64,000 bases of DNA. It comes from an uncultured archaeon. Lineage in GTDB: Archaea; Thermoproteota; Nitrososphaeria; Nitrososphaerales; Gagatemarchaeaceae. The notes under the pieces are model-generated. The model was not told where the DNA came from and did no database searches. It was given only the letters and a program-made list of their open reading frames with translations. Numbering within the stretch: the first letter of the stretch is position 1; each line of letters opens with the position of its first letter. The DNA lies in the NCBI GenBank assembly GCA_963799775.1, contig CAWCYD010000003.1, positions 1,728,001-1,792,000 on the forward strand. The letters run 5' to 3'. This document shows positions 1 to 10,220 of the stretch, piece by piece. A program made the position numbers and the translations under genes.

Positions 1-1157
1 GTATAAACAAACTGCTCCCAACCGTAGCATGCGTTCATACCGGTTCCGCATATCCCCGAGATCAACCACCTATTGGAATTCAGTTGGATTGAATATGCGC
101 AGTCTCCATATGTGTCGTCCTCTTCGCCAGTGCCTCCTGTGCAATCGTTGTTGATTCCACTTACTGTATCACCGCCTCCTGTTAGGAAGCTGTCCTCGGC
201 GTGTGATATCAACGTTCCACTGCTTTCCTCTCCGGAGTAATCGCATGTTCCGGTGCTTGTCTCAGTGGCACAGCCACCGACCGGAGGACCAGGATTGTGA
301 GGCCCGCCAAAGGGCTTGACACAAGCTTCTGCCTGCCACTTCACACTAGGATATGAAGCCTCGAAGCAACCCACCCCTCCCGCTCCAGTGGCGGCCACTT
401 GATGCATCCAGATGTAGTTCGAACACTGCGACGCAATGTAGTTGGTATGCGTTGCTACCGAGCCGTCCTGGGTCATGACATCGCCAGTGATGTTCGCGCC
501 GGTTCCCATCGTGATGCTGCCGACCGAGAGGATACTTCCCGCAAAATTGGTCTGCCTGCTCAGGGTAGCGGCGCCTCCGACCTGCCAGAAGACGTTGCAG
601 CCGCTGCCACCGGTCATAATCACGGAGGAGCCACCCGAGGTGGTAAGCGAGCCCGCTACTTGGAAGATGAATAGGGCATTGACGTTGCCTTCAGGGTTGA
701 GAGTGAGCGTCCCGCTCAGCGACGCCGCCGAAGAGTAGCAATAGACGCCCGGTGTGAGCGTGAGCCCTCCCAGGTTCTGGCCTGTCAGGTTTCCGGTGCA
801 TGAATCGCTCGCAAGAGCGCTGTAGGCACTGGTGAGGTTGTCTTTGGCTTGAAGCGCGACTGAATCATCCTTGTATATGGTCCCCGTGACGACCCCAGGT
901 GGAAATCCGACGACAACGGCGCTGGGATCGACTCCAAGGTTCCCGCTGATGTTGGAAGGGCCTGTATTGCTTACTGCCCCTGCAGAGAGAACCCCGAAGC
1001 CCGCTGCCATTCCTAGGCTAGGCGGCGACGATGGGCTCGTTGCTGCGGCGGGCGAAACATAACGCGTGAAAGAAGACAAAACAAGAATGACAACGATAAT
1101 GAGAGGTGAAATGTTCGTGCGCCGCCGACTCTCACCTTCCGAGGGTAACAGCTTCAA
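1..1157 (-). CDS. Secreted ice-binding-like (DUF3494) protein with an additional C-terminal domain; 3' end runs off the window
   Basis: Not in the ORF track. Manual translation from TTG 1157: signal peptide (IIVVILVLSS), then LGMAAGFGVLSAGAVSNTGPSNISGNLG...LTLTPGVYCYSSAASLSGTLTL...FIFQV...NVFWQVG, typical of DUF3494. Later YSIQLNSN...CYGWEQFVY. Confidence 0.8.
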   Translation of the reverse strand, partial: MKLLPSEGESRRRTNISPLIIVVILVLSSFTRYVSPAAATSPSSPPSLGMAAGFGVLSAGAVSNTGPSNISGNLGVDPSAVVVGFPPGVVTGTIYKDDSVALQAKDNLTSAYSALASDSCTGNLTGQNLGGLTLTPGVYCYSSAASLSGTLTLNPEGNVNALFIFQVAGSLTTSGGSSVIMTGGSGCNVFWQVGGAATLSRQTNFAGSILSVGSITMGTGANITGDVMTQDGSVATHTNYIASQCSNYIWMHQVAATGAGGVGCFEASYPSVKWQAEACVKPFGGPHNPGPPVGGCATETSTGTCDYSGEESSGTLISHAEDSFLTGGGDTVSGINNDCTGGTGEEDDTYGDCAYSIQLNSNRWLISGICGTGMNACYGWEQFVY

Positions 1158-1334
1158 CGCATATTAGACTTGGAACAAAATTGGGAAACCTAAATATAAA
1201 CATTGTACTATTCGCAACTTGTCGTCAATCCTTCTGGGTTTACGGGATTCATCCTTTTCACAGCAAGAACCGGGAAATTAGCGGATGCCTGGACAGGCCT
1301 AACTCGGGGCTCGTTGTTGCCTCCGTCAGACTCG

Positions 1335-2579
1335 TCAGGATTGCGGTCTAATCTGCGCCACCAACGATTTGATTTCGCTTCCATAGAGCACTGACAGCAC
1401 CGCGTATCCTACCTCCGCCTTGCGGTTGTACCCGAAGTCGACCCTCAGTTTCCTCGTCATCTGCTTCAGATGCCTTTGGATCTGGGAGTTGAGCCAAGAA
1501 TACCCATAATGCACCAGCAGTCGTGACTGGGCAATCGCCTTCCCGTCCCTGGTGAACAGGTCTTTCCCGCCTTTCGCAGGTTCCATTATCACGAAGTCGT
1601 CATGCCCAAATTTTCTTTGGAGAATCGTATACGCTATCTCTGAGCCAAGCCTTCCATGCTCGTAGTTGTTGCCATGCCTCAACATCGACTGCTCGAGAGG
1701 CCTGAGCGGCCCGATCCCCTCCACCAAGGGCAACCTATGCACACCATCGAGAAGGTATTTCTTTGGGCCTTCAGTGATCTCCCCTGAAGCATAGAGCGAG
1801 GACGGCTCCCTCTGGTAGATGACAGTGGTCGATGTGCCCTTGGTGTAGTTGTACACCAAGCGCAGCCTGAATCCATCGAACGAAAGATAGGCGACCCGGA
1901 AGAAGCACCGGGTTGCTACCTGCACCCCAAGCCACGCCCTCTTGTCTCCATCGTGGTAGAGCCGCATCAACCTGTCCATCGAGAACGCGTCCTTGACCCG
2001 GAATCCCGCGTAGATCGCGTCCGGCTGATATTCTAGGAGACCAAGCAGTTGTCCGTCCATAACGAACGGTGAGCCTTTGACCTCCGGCTCTTCCGCGATT
2101 GTCAAGGATACCTTATCCCCACTCCATTTCATCTCTATCTTCGCAAGGTTCGAGACCCAAGGTTTGGACATGTCGTTCGCGTATGTGATCGACGGGAAAC
2201 CGTCAAGAAAATCGGACAGAGTGTGTCTTCTCAAATCAATCGTGAAGACATCCCCCGGCTTGCCGATCCTCTTCGGCGCGGTCGGCACCCAGTTCTTGCC
2301 CCCGACGTAGCGGTGGAAGGCTATCGAGTCGGCCTCCTTGTAACTCACTTTCAGGAGCATGGGCTGGCCGACCTTGAACCCTGGCACCCTCGCCTCCAGG
2401 TGCGAAGCAGGGATGAACAACCGGCATGGCTTCTTCGTGCTGAGCAACAGCTGGTTCTCTGGGCTCAACTTCACCATGAGCTCGTTCCCTTCTCTATCGA
2501 GGCGCCGTTGGGAAATTATCTTGGAGAGAGATGTCGTCCCCCTCCTGAATTGGTCGACGGGTTGATGCATCTCTTTCAC
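1335..2579 (-). CDS. Uncharacterised protein with a C-terminal PD-(D/E)XK-like nuclease domain
   Basis: 414 aa. C-terminal HGRLGSEIAY...GGKDLF...IAQSR. Collinear similarity to the 10869..12053 protein (GKPGDVFTI..TLSDFL vs GRAGDVIRL..TIEAFL). Confidence 0.55.
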   Translation of the reverse strand: MKEMHQPVDQFRRGTTSLSKIISQRRLDREGNELMVKLSPENQLLLSTKKPCRLFIPASHLEARVPGFKVGQPMLLKVSYKEADSIAFHRYVGGKNWVPTAPKRIGKPGDVFTIDLRRHTLSDFLDGFPSITYANDMSKPWVSNLAKIEMKWSGDKVSLTIAEEPEVKGSPFVMDGQLLGLLEYQPDAIYAGFRVKDAFSMDRLMRLYHDGDKRAWLGVQVATRCFFRVAYLSFDGFRLRLVYNYTKGTSTTVIYQREPSSLYASGEITEGPKKYLLDGVHRLPLVEGIGPLRPLEQSMLRHGNNYEHGRLGSEIAYTILQRKFGHDDFVIMEPAKGGKDLFTRDGKAIAQSRLLVHYGYSWLNSQIQRHLKQMTRKLRVDFGYNRKAEVGYAVLSVLYGSEIKSLVAQIRPQS

Positions 2580-3029
2580 CCGTTGATCGGCTTCTCGCGC
2601 GTTCTCAGCTTGATTCGCAACTCCTCAGGGGACCGAGCGAAGAAGTCCGCCCTGCTGAGGGACCTTCCTCAGCGCAGTCGTCACTGAGTCCTGGTCCTCG
2701 TTGGGCGCCTCGACCAGAGAGCCGCATCTTATCCTCGGAAGCGTCCTCTTGAGGAGGCCGAACCTGTAGTCCATGAAGGCACCTCTCCTCCTCACCTCGG
2801 ACATGGCCTGGCCCTTCTTCTTCTCGCACCTCGTGCATTCCAAGACTATCCCGGCCCCGACGAAGACCAGGAAATCTACGGAGATCCTGTCCCCGTCAGG
2901 AAAACCGAAGACGTAGTGCTCCCGGGACGGAAGTCTCTCCTCCACCAGGACGTCCCTTACCTGCGCCTCCTGAGCCGTCAGGGGCGTCATTGCATGAGTC
3001 CTTCTAAGCCACTCGATTGACGTTTGCCG
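2576..3029 (-). CDS. Small PD-(D/E)XK/Vsr-like protein with one frameshift; homologue of 37404..37844
   Basis: TSIEWLRRTHAMTPLTAQEAQVRD...VDF...VLEC...AFMDYRF..LK aligns with 37404 ORF. The shifted C-terminus (LSRADFFARSPEEL...) ends in a GTGA overlap with the next gene. Confidence 0.65.
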
Positions 3030-3073
3030 CTACACCGTGGATATAGGTGCTGGGCGTATTTAAACACCCATAG
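3014..3073 (-). promoter_or_regulatory. Conserved ~60 bp promoter/leader element, copy 1
   Basis: Near-identical to 10589..10647. Contains a TTTAAATA TATA box followed 21 nt later by GTGTAG. Confidence 0.7.
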
Positions 3074-3213
3074 AACAAGGGTTTATTCTAGCTCGGATTG
3101 TCCAAAGGAGTCGAATTCTAGACATGCGGGGAACCGGTGATTAGAGCGTGGCGCTTATTTGGCCACCTCACGTATTGGGAGTGAGGTAGCCGGGCTCGAC
3201 AAAAGGGCTCATC

Positions 3214-5742
3214 ATGACGGCGCAGGGGTCGAAAGAAGACCTCTTGGCCAGGCTCGTTCACCCTGTCTTACCCGGACTGCAGCTCAATCGCATACTCTGC
3301 ATCTCGGATGACGAAGGTCTCAACTCTGAAATCAAGCAACAACTGAATGATTTCGGGTACAATCCCCGATTTGTTTCCTATTCTGGCCTGGGGACATTCG
3401 ATTCGAGGCTGGTACGCGGCAAGTCTATCGTGGCGATCTCCCCTACCGTGGCCATCAACGAGTCGCGCGCGAAGGGGATTGTGGATGGGGGCCTGGTAAG
3501 GCTGATGAGCGGCATGAACCTGCAGAGACATCCTAGTGTTTCGCGAGGTGGAGACGCCCTTTGTCATCAGTAGGGTCCAGTCCATCGAGCAACTTGTTCA
3601 TTGGATTTCTAAAGGAATTGATTCCCAGCCCGGGTTCTGGCTTGAAGAACTAGTATTGACACTCGTATACAAGAGGGGTTGCACTATGGTCGGAATACGG
3701 CGGCTCGTTGAAAATTCAGTCTGGGGACAACTCTTCCAAGACGATGGCAACTCAGTCGAGCAGGCCCGTGCAGAGCTCTTGCGGGAAGACCTGGTCACCG
3801 AAAAGAGCGGATACCTAGTTTGCAATGAGTTTGGACATGAGGTCGTTGAAGAAAACACTCCATTCGACACAGTCGATCGACCTGAGTCACGTGAACACCA
3901 TGAACCGGATGAATCGGATGGTCGAGAGGAATGGGGACCCGATGACGACTCCCGAGAGCGCAATTCCTACCTCACCGAAGTTGTGTTCGAAATCATAGAG
4001 AGATTTGGGTGGGTCACGCCAAACGACTTGGCCGCCGCTGCAGAGCGAGCCAGGGTGATGCCAGAGCGGTCGCTGGGAAAATCACGAAGGTTCCTGGAGA
4101 AGCTCGTCGCCAAAGGTGCTCTCGTCAAATCAAATTACAGCACCGGGAGGGGACGACCAAAGTCAGTCTATCGCGGGCGAGACTCGAGGACTGCAGATAT
4201 CTTGGAGAACACCTGCGGTGAGTGTGTCTTCTACTCCCGTGTTACGCGCCGATGCAGGCTGTGGTGGGCGCTATCGAGATTCAATGCGCCGGATGTCTAT
4301 GCAAGAGAGGAAGGATTGTCAACTGTCGCAAAAGACAAACTCCATCACTCCAACAAGAGGGTAGGTTCATTCAGCCACCTCCTGTGAAGAGTTCACGCCA
4401 AAGAAGAAAGACTATCCTCTGTTGAAGGCGCGTGACAAATGTGTTTCCTGCGGCCAAGAGATCGATTCACCCATCGCAAAGACCGTAAAATGCCCTACAT
4501 GCTTGACCGTGTACAAGCCTCTCGCCACGAAAATCCTCGTCCACTACGACTACGAACAGCTCTTCAAGAAACGTTACACAAAGTTAGCAGGCGTGCCGCC
4601 TCCCAGACAAGCACTAGTCCTGACCGAGCAAGAGGTTCATGGTAAGACGGACATCCGTGACACCATCGTTCTCTATCCCAATGAGAATGTTCGTCTTTCT
4701 GAGGAAGGCATGAAGGTGGAGCGAAGAGAGCACGAGTGGACCTTGGAGCCATACTCGAGGATCTACCAGGTAATCGACTATGGCTCGCTAGACGAGAAGG
4801 CTTGCTCGCAGCTTAGAGCCAAGGGGCTTCAGGTCGTGCAGACACATTTGCGGGAACTTCCGCAGCAACGCTTTCCCTTGTATCCATCCCGCGATTTCGT
4901 GGACAAACTACGCCTGCTAGAGCAAAAGTCACCCCTCAGAACAAGGCTCCTCGAGTCGATGATGCTCAGCACGGTCATCGCCACAAGGAGGATAGCGAGT
5001 CGCGGAGGTTCTCCACTCCAGGTCCATCATCAATCGCCAACTCCTCGAGTTCTCACGAATGAGAGCGGATAATGGGATGACACTGAGCAGGGCTCTTGCT
5101 TACGAGGCACGCGTCAACGCCTTCTACTGGAGCGTCTACAAGACGATGCTAAGGGTCTCTGGGCTCCAGTTCGAGAGCAGGGTGAGAGATAGGTTCGTTA
5201 GGGAGATTGTCTCCAGTATCCGGGCCAGAGCGAGGGGATACTCGCCCGCGAACGCAGCGATAAACTATCTGCATCAGAGGAGGCTGCTCTTGTGTCGACT
5301 AGCGAACGCTCGGACAGCTATAGGGTGGGTCGGCTGTGAAGGGGTTCTACATGTTGCGAAGAGAGAACCCAGCATAGGCCTGATGTTGGACCTTAGTGAT
5401 TCATTCCGGCTCGCCGACAGGGAGAGTTTCCTTAACTCCACTATGCGTATGGAGTTGTCAAGGGACGACTTCGTTGCTCGTCCGGGAAAGCACAGGGTCT
5501 GGTTCTTTCATCCGACGCAGGATGCGATTGGGAAGCTTGACTTGTGTGGGTCGAATGCGGATCAGTTTCGCGTTCAGCATGCAGGCAAAGAGATGGCTCT
5601 GACAGGAGCTTATGATCAGTTCGTGGCTTCTTTCGTAGACGCCGTGGACGCGATGGATTTAGAGCGCCTTCACACGTTCGTCTATGGAAATGCTGAGGAT
5701 TTGAAGTGGCTCGAGACGAAAGGCTTGGTTACCGTCTTGTGA
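3214..5742 (+). CDS. Multidomain Cas1-fusion protein, copy 1 (three frameshifts)
   Basis: Four consecutive ORFs align in order with the 916 aa protein at 33963..36713. Cas1 motifs: AYEARVNAFYW, NAAINYLHQ, EGVLH, LDLSDSFR. Confidence 0.8.
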
Positions 5743-5942
5743 GTCGATCCACAGCCTCCCATGTTAACCAAGATGCGCCACTCTTTTGGAGTGTCTACAC
5801 CACCGCGGCCAAACGTTCCGGCCCGAGCCTCCTAGAGAATATAAAGAAATGGCCTGCGCGGGGTGGCTCTTCTACTCGCTAACTAGGTCGAGGTCAACAG
5901 CTCATCTATGCTTAAATTCGGTCCGAGCATTATCGTTATGCT

Positions 5943-6107
5943 ATGAGAGGCTCGGATCAGGACCATGAGGAAGATTTGGCCTTTGCGAGACAGAAGCTTG
6001 CACAACCAAAGCCTGAACTTGAAGCTTGGCTGAACGAGATAGTTGATGCCTGGATTTCTGGACGCAAGGGGAGAAGGTTGAACAAGAAACGTGTCAGGAA
6101 AGAGTGA
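5943..6107 (+). CDS. 54 aa micro-ORF A, homologue of 26639..26779
   Basis: MRGSDQDHEEDLAFARQKLAQPKPELEAWLNEIVDAW...; TATA-like CTTAAAT about 25 nt upstream. Confidence 0.55.
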   Translation: MRGSDQDHEEDLAFARQKLAQPKPELEAWLNEIVDAWISGRKGRRLNKKRVRKE

Positions 6108-6276
6108 CCGCTCATCGGTCCTGACCCTCGTTCAGGACTTGGAACCGGTTCTATTCAGGAGGGTTACGAGTGCAATGAGGCTTTCTCCCGAAACCCTCCC
6201 GGACGAGCTCTTGTTGCTAGAAAGCGTTATCGTGCTGAGAAGAGTGCTCGGTGGCACGGAGAGCTCTAGTCAGTAA
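6091..6276 (+). CDS. 61 aa micro-ORF B, homologue of 26776..26952
   Basis: LVQDLEPVLFRRVTSAMRLSPE aligns with LVSQLIPIVKRRVLQAMEHSRE; overlaps ORF A. Confidence 0.6.
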   Translation: MSGKSDRSSVLTLVQDLEPVLFRRVTSAMRLSPETLPDELLLLESVIVLRRVLGGTESSSQ

Positions 6277-6293
6277 TCGGAGACGTTCCAGGT

Positions 6294-6767
6294 CTATTCG
6301 TTGGAGTAGCAGAAGTACGGGTATCCGCCGTTGACCTTCTGGACGGCCCACTCCACCACCTTGTCGGAGACCTCTCTCCACTTCCTGTCCCAGTCGATGT
6401 CGGCGACGACCAGCTCCTTCTCCTCCTTCCCCTGGACCTCCAGCTTCTCCCAGATTGGCGTGCCGTAGAACGGCTTCACTATCCTCGCGTTCCACTTGTT
6501 GCAAGTCGGTCTGGTGCCGTGCTGGTTGTAGAACTTGCAGGAGAGGCACCATTTCGAGAGCCAGATTATGTTCTTGGAGAACTTGACGGACTTGCCTATC
6601 TCCTCGAGGAGCCGCTCCGACTCCTTCCGGATCATCTGGGCGAGCTCGTCCTGCCCCTGCTTGGTGTTCATGTAGTACTCGGGGTCTTTGGCGAGAGCCT
6701 GCTGCCAAGTGAGCGGCTGCTCCTGTTGCTGCCTCTGCTGCTGCTCCTCGGGGTCGTCTTCGAGCAA
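6294..6767 (-). CDS. Hypothetical Cys-containing protein with an N-terminal poly-Q tract
   Basis: 157 aa with host-like GC-rich codon usage; CLSCKFY...C motif. Confidence 0.7.
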   Translation of the reverse strand: MLEDDPEEQQQRQQQEQPLTWQQALAKDPEYYMNTKQGQDELAQMIRKESERLLEEIGKSVKFSKNIIWLSKWCLSCKFYNQHGTRPTCNKWNARIVKPFYGTPIWEKLEVQGKEEKELVVADIDWDRKWREVSDKVVEWAVQKVNGGYPYFCYSNE

Positions 6768-6896
6768 TTTTGCTGGGGAAAACCGACTCTCGGAGCTAAT
6801 TAACGATTTCAGATGAATCGTTCATCGGGTCGAATCATCTGGTTGGATTCTTCTCCGAAGACCCGATATATGCCCAACACTGAGCCAACGAAGGGA

Positions 6897-6967
6897 GACG
6901 CGTGGCGTGCTTCGACGGGCAACCTGGACTGGCGCAAGCCAGGATGAAGACGAAACTGCCACGCGTC
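6897..6967 (+). ncRNA. Candidate structured small RNA
   Basis: 10 bp terminal stem GACGCGTGGC/GCCACGCGTC, inner CTGGC-GCAA-GCCAG GNRA hairpin, and a TATA-like GATATAT about 25 nt upstream. Confidence 0.35.
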
Positions 6968-6978
6968 GACCTTTGCTT

Positions 6979-8200
6979 CTAGCCCCAGAGCAGGGCGGGC
7001 TCGGCTTGGCTGACCTCTCGCAGCTCTCTTACGACGCGGTCGCGTAGAGCTTCCACGTTCTCCATTTCGAGCACCAATTTGCCCTTGGCCATTATCTGCT
7101 TGAGCATGGGCCTGGAGCCCTTGGGCGCGCCCGACCCGCGGAACGACACTGTGTCCTTGTACCCGTTGGCTCTGTGCACGTCCTTCCTCCCTCCCAGGCC
7201 TCCCCTCTTCGCCCTGAGGTAGGTCTTCCCCTTCTCACGAACCTCCACTATCTTCGCGCTAAAGTCGATGCTCGGCGGGTACGCGACCGCCGTGCCTACT
7301 CCGAATCCGTCCACGATGTCCTTGAGCCGGATCACGTCTTCCTCTGTCAGTCTCCCGGAGACGAATATCTTAACGAACCCGCCGCCTCTGACCTTCAGTT
7401 CCCATTTCACCTCCTCGATGATCTGGCGGAAGTCCCCCCTCCTTGATGAGGGGGTGTCAATCCTCACGCCCCAGAGGTGCTTCCCAAGCGTCTCGAACGC
7501 CTTGATCGCTTCGGCCTTCTCGTCCCAGAACGTGTCGATAAGGGCAGTGCGCTTGACCTCCTTGGGCATGGTCTCGTCGTATAGCCTCCACGCTTTCTCC
7601 TGGTCGCCGATCACCTGCACCAGCGCGTGCGGCATCGTCCCAGAGGGTTCCACGCCTAGCAGCTTCCCTCCCAGCACATTGGAGACACCATCGAAACCCG
7701 CCAAGTAGCAGCCTCTCTCGATGAGAGGTGCGAGCGCGGGATGTACCCGCCTGGTCCCGAAGCTCACGACCTGCCTATCCCCGGCGGCGACCCTGAACCT
7801 GGCCGCTTTGGTGGAGATGCTGCTCGATGATGAGAGAAGGCCCAGCATGGGGTTCTCGTATTCGACGAAGTCTCGATATCTTCCTGAGATCGTTATCACG
7901 GGCTCGTAGAGCGAGCTCCGACCGTCGGCGACGAAGATCGACCCCTCGTCGAATGCCCAGACGTCGAGCGGCAGGCCTTCCAGAAGCTTTGCGACCTCGT
8001 AGACGCCGCTGAGGACGCCCCACCTCCCGTCCTCCGGCAGGTCCCCGCGCGAAGACCTCCATCACGACCTCCGAGTCGATGTGGTGCTTTGCAATGACCT
8101 CCTTCGTGTTGAGGAAGTAGATGTCGGTCGTCTTGGCGTTCTTTATCTCTCGCTCGTTCGCCAGCCAGAAGAGCCGGTCGCGGAGGGTCCTCTTCGCCAT
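6979..8200 (-). CDS. pncB: Nicotinate phosphoribosyltransferase (frameshifted)
   Basis: TTDIYF N-terminus, SFGTRR, GTMPHAL, IDTF, GVRIDT, GFGVGT motifs across two frames. Confidence 0.9.
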
Positions 8201-8264
8201 GACGTGTGTGTCACCGGCCCTTAGAAAAACTATTTCAACTTCGACAGGCTGCGAAGCGAGCCTC

Positions 8265-9043
8265 TTGCTCTCTGCAGAACTCGACCTTTCGCACGCGAAA
8301 CGCGCCATCGTCTCCTTCATCAAACGAAAGGTCCAGGAGAGCGAAGCAGACGGCGCGGTGCTTGGTTTGAGCGGCGGGATTGACTCGGCGGTCACCGCGT
8401 ACCTCACCGTGGAGGCGTTGGGGAGCAGGCGGGTCAATGGCCTGATAATGCCGGACCTCAGGGCCACACCGGATCAAGACGTAAAGGACGCGAAGCTCGT
8501 GGCGAGCGAGCTGTGCGTCGAGACGAAGGAGATTGACATCGCTCCGATACACAAGGCGTACCTGAAGACGGTGGAGCCGAACAGGCTCGCAGAGGGCAAC
8601 CTGAGGGCGCGGATCAGGATGTCGCTCCTCTACTACCATGCGAACCTCTCGAACAGGTTGGTTACAGGCACGGGAGACCGCTCAGAGCTCCTGCTGGGTT
8701 ACTTCACGAAATTTGGCGACGGAGGTGTGGACATCCTCCCCCATCGCGGACCTCTACAAGACAGAGGTCAGGAGGCTGGGCGAGGTCATTGGGATTAACA
8801 GGCGGATAGTCGCAAAGCGCAGCAGCCCGAGGCTGTGGCCCGGGCACATCGCGGAGAACGAGATTGGGATGAGCTACGAGACAATCGACAGGCTCTTCAA
8901 GCTCAGGTTCGAGGAGGGGCTAGAGGTCCCCGGACATCGCAAAGAGCTTGAAGCTGAATCGCGCGAAGGTCGAGATGATTCTCGCAAAGTATGAGGCCTC
9001 AGAGCACAAGAGGCGCATGCCAGAAATCTGCAAGTTGCGCTGA
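8265..9043 (+). CDS. nadE: NH3-dependent NAD+ synthetase (frameshifted)
   Basis: LGLSGGIDSAV, GNLRARIRM, GYFTKFGDGG, DLYKTEV, and C-terminal EHKRRMP. Confidence 0.92.
8994..9043 (+). repeat. 50 bp direct repeat (nadE 3' end), copy 1
   Basis: 44/50 identical to 10219..10268; all differences are synonymous. Confidence 0.9.
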
Positions 9044-9061
9044 CATAGTCCTGAATTTCGT

Positions 9062-9892
9062 CTACATAGTTTTCAGAAACCTTCTGATTCTTTTTACTGT
9101 GTCCCGCAAATTCTTGTCCGTGAGCGCCCTACCCGCTTCGATATCCGCGATGATGATTTTGTCCTCTTGGACAAACCTTCTTGCAGTTCGAACCAACTCG
9201 GGATGCCTGCTCCTCAGGTCGTGATATCTCTCTCCTCCTAGTTCCGGGAGGACGTAGAAGCCAAGCCCCATTATCGAGGGATTCGACCTCAATACCTTGA
9301 TGGGATTCTTCGCGGCCGCGTCGTTCAACGCCTTGAGACTCTTTGGGTCGAGCAAGCCAAGGTATCGACCCACAGAATGCTCTCCGTGATCCGCGTGGGT
9401 TATCTCAATCTTGCCGTGCTTTCTTGTCCTCACCGATGACCCTCCTGGGAAAGGGCGAACGTAGTGGAAAGCAACACCCAATTCTTGCGATATTCGGTTC
9501 TCATCCTCCTCGAGGAAATTGTTTCCGCCGTGGCCGCTCACTACGATGACCATCGATGCCTTGTTCCCCAGGTATCTCTGCTGCGCGAGGATCCCTCCAT
9601 TGATGTCTCCAATCAAGAGATTCACAAGCTCGTATCTTGGTATGCACCCCGGGTTCCAGTCCAAAGCGACCTCTCCAGCACGGTCGCCGGAGTAGGGGAG
9701 ATGGCCAATGTAAGTCAGCCCGAGTCTAATCGCTGCAGTTGTGGCTGTCATTATCGCTGCGTAGTCATCGATGTTGGAAGGGAGCGCCGGGCCGTGGTCC
9801 TCGTTTCCCGCACCGATCGAGAAGATGAGGGCGTGCCTGTTCTTCTCAGGGAATGACTCGCTCGCTCGCTTTCGTGCTGGTACGTCGGGCAT
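9062..9892 (-). CDS. Creatininase-family amidohydrolase (ArfB-like)
   Basis: NEDHGPALP..DD, SGHGGN, HADHGEHS metal-binding motifs. Confidence 0.75.
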   Translation of the reverse strand: MPDVPARKRASESFPEKNRHALIFSIGAGNEDHGPALPSNIDDYAAIMTATTAAIRLGLTYIGHLPYSGDRAGEVALDWNPGCIPRYELVNLLIGDINGGILAQQRYLGNKASMVIVVSGHGGNNFLEEDENRISQELGVAFHYVRPFPGGSSVRTRKHGKIEITHADHGEHSVGRYLGLLDPKSLKALNDAAAKNPIKVLRSNPSIMGLGFYVLPELGGERYHDLRSRHPELVRTARRFVQEDKIIIADIEAGRALTDKNLRDTVKRIRRFLKTM

Positions 9893-9993
9893 TAGAAATA
9901 TCCAGAACCGAGGTTTGACTATAAGACTTGGGCTATCGTCTGGTGGTCAGAGTTATCATCGAGGCCCCTTCTCTTGTCAAAGGTGCGTCAAGG

Positions 9994-10220
9994 ATGCCTG
10001 ATGCCCGAAGCTTTGGGAAATGGTCTCTGATTGCTGTCGCCCTATTGGGTGTTGGAACGGTTCTGATGCTCTTTGGATTCTTCACTCTCCTAGGGAAGAG
10101 GTTTTGTGGATTAGCGTCATTGTTGTTGTGGCGGGCATCTTCGTGGAGGTTCATCGGATTCACTTTGGCATACTTCGCGTACAGAGCTTCGGTCTCAAAA
10201 GAACGAACTCAGCAGACTAG
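9994..10220 (+). CDS. Small two-TM membrane protein (probable frameshift)
   Basis: MPDARSFGKWSLIAVALLGVGTVLMLFGFF... hydrophobic helices; ends at TAG 10220 next to the nadE repeat. Confidence 0.45.

Noticed and set aside
1305-1330. Further degenerate copies of the cassette repeat (GGGGCTCGTTGTTGCCTCCGTCAG at about 1305; a reverse-strand look-alike at about 29030-29055)
   Set aside because: They need gaps and several mismatches in GC-rich DNA, and the 1305 copy is inverted relative to its module. Suggestive, but not distinguishable from chance without a motif scan.
3030-3035. Genome-wide TAG recoding (pyrrolysine or similar)
   Set aside because: Many housekeeping genes here end in TAG at the expected position (rpl21e, tfs, PCNA, rps27e, nop10).
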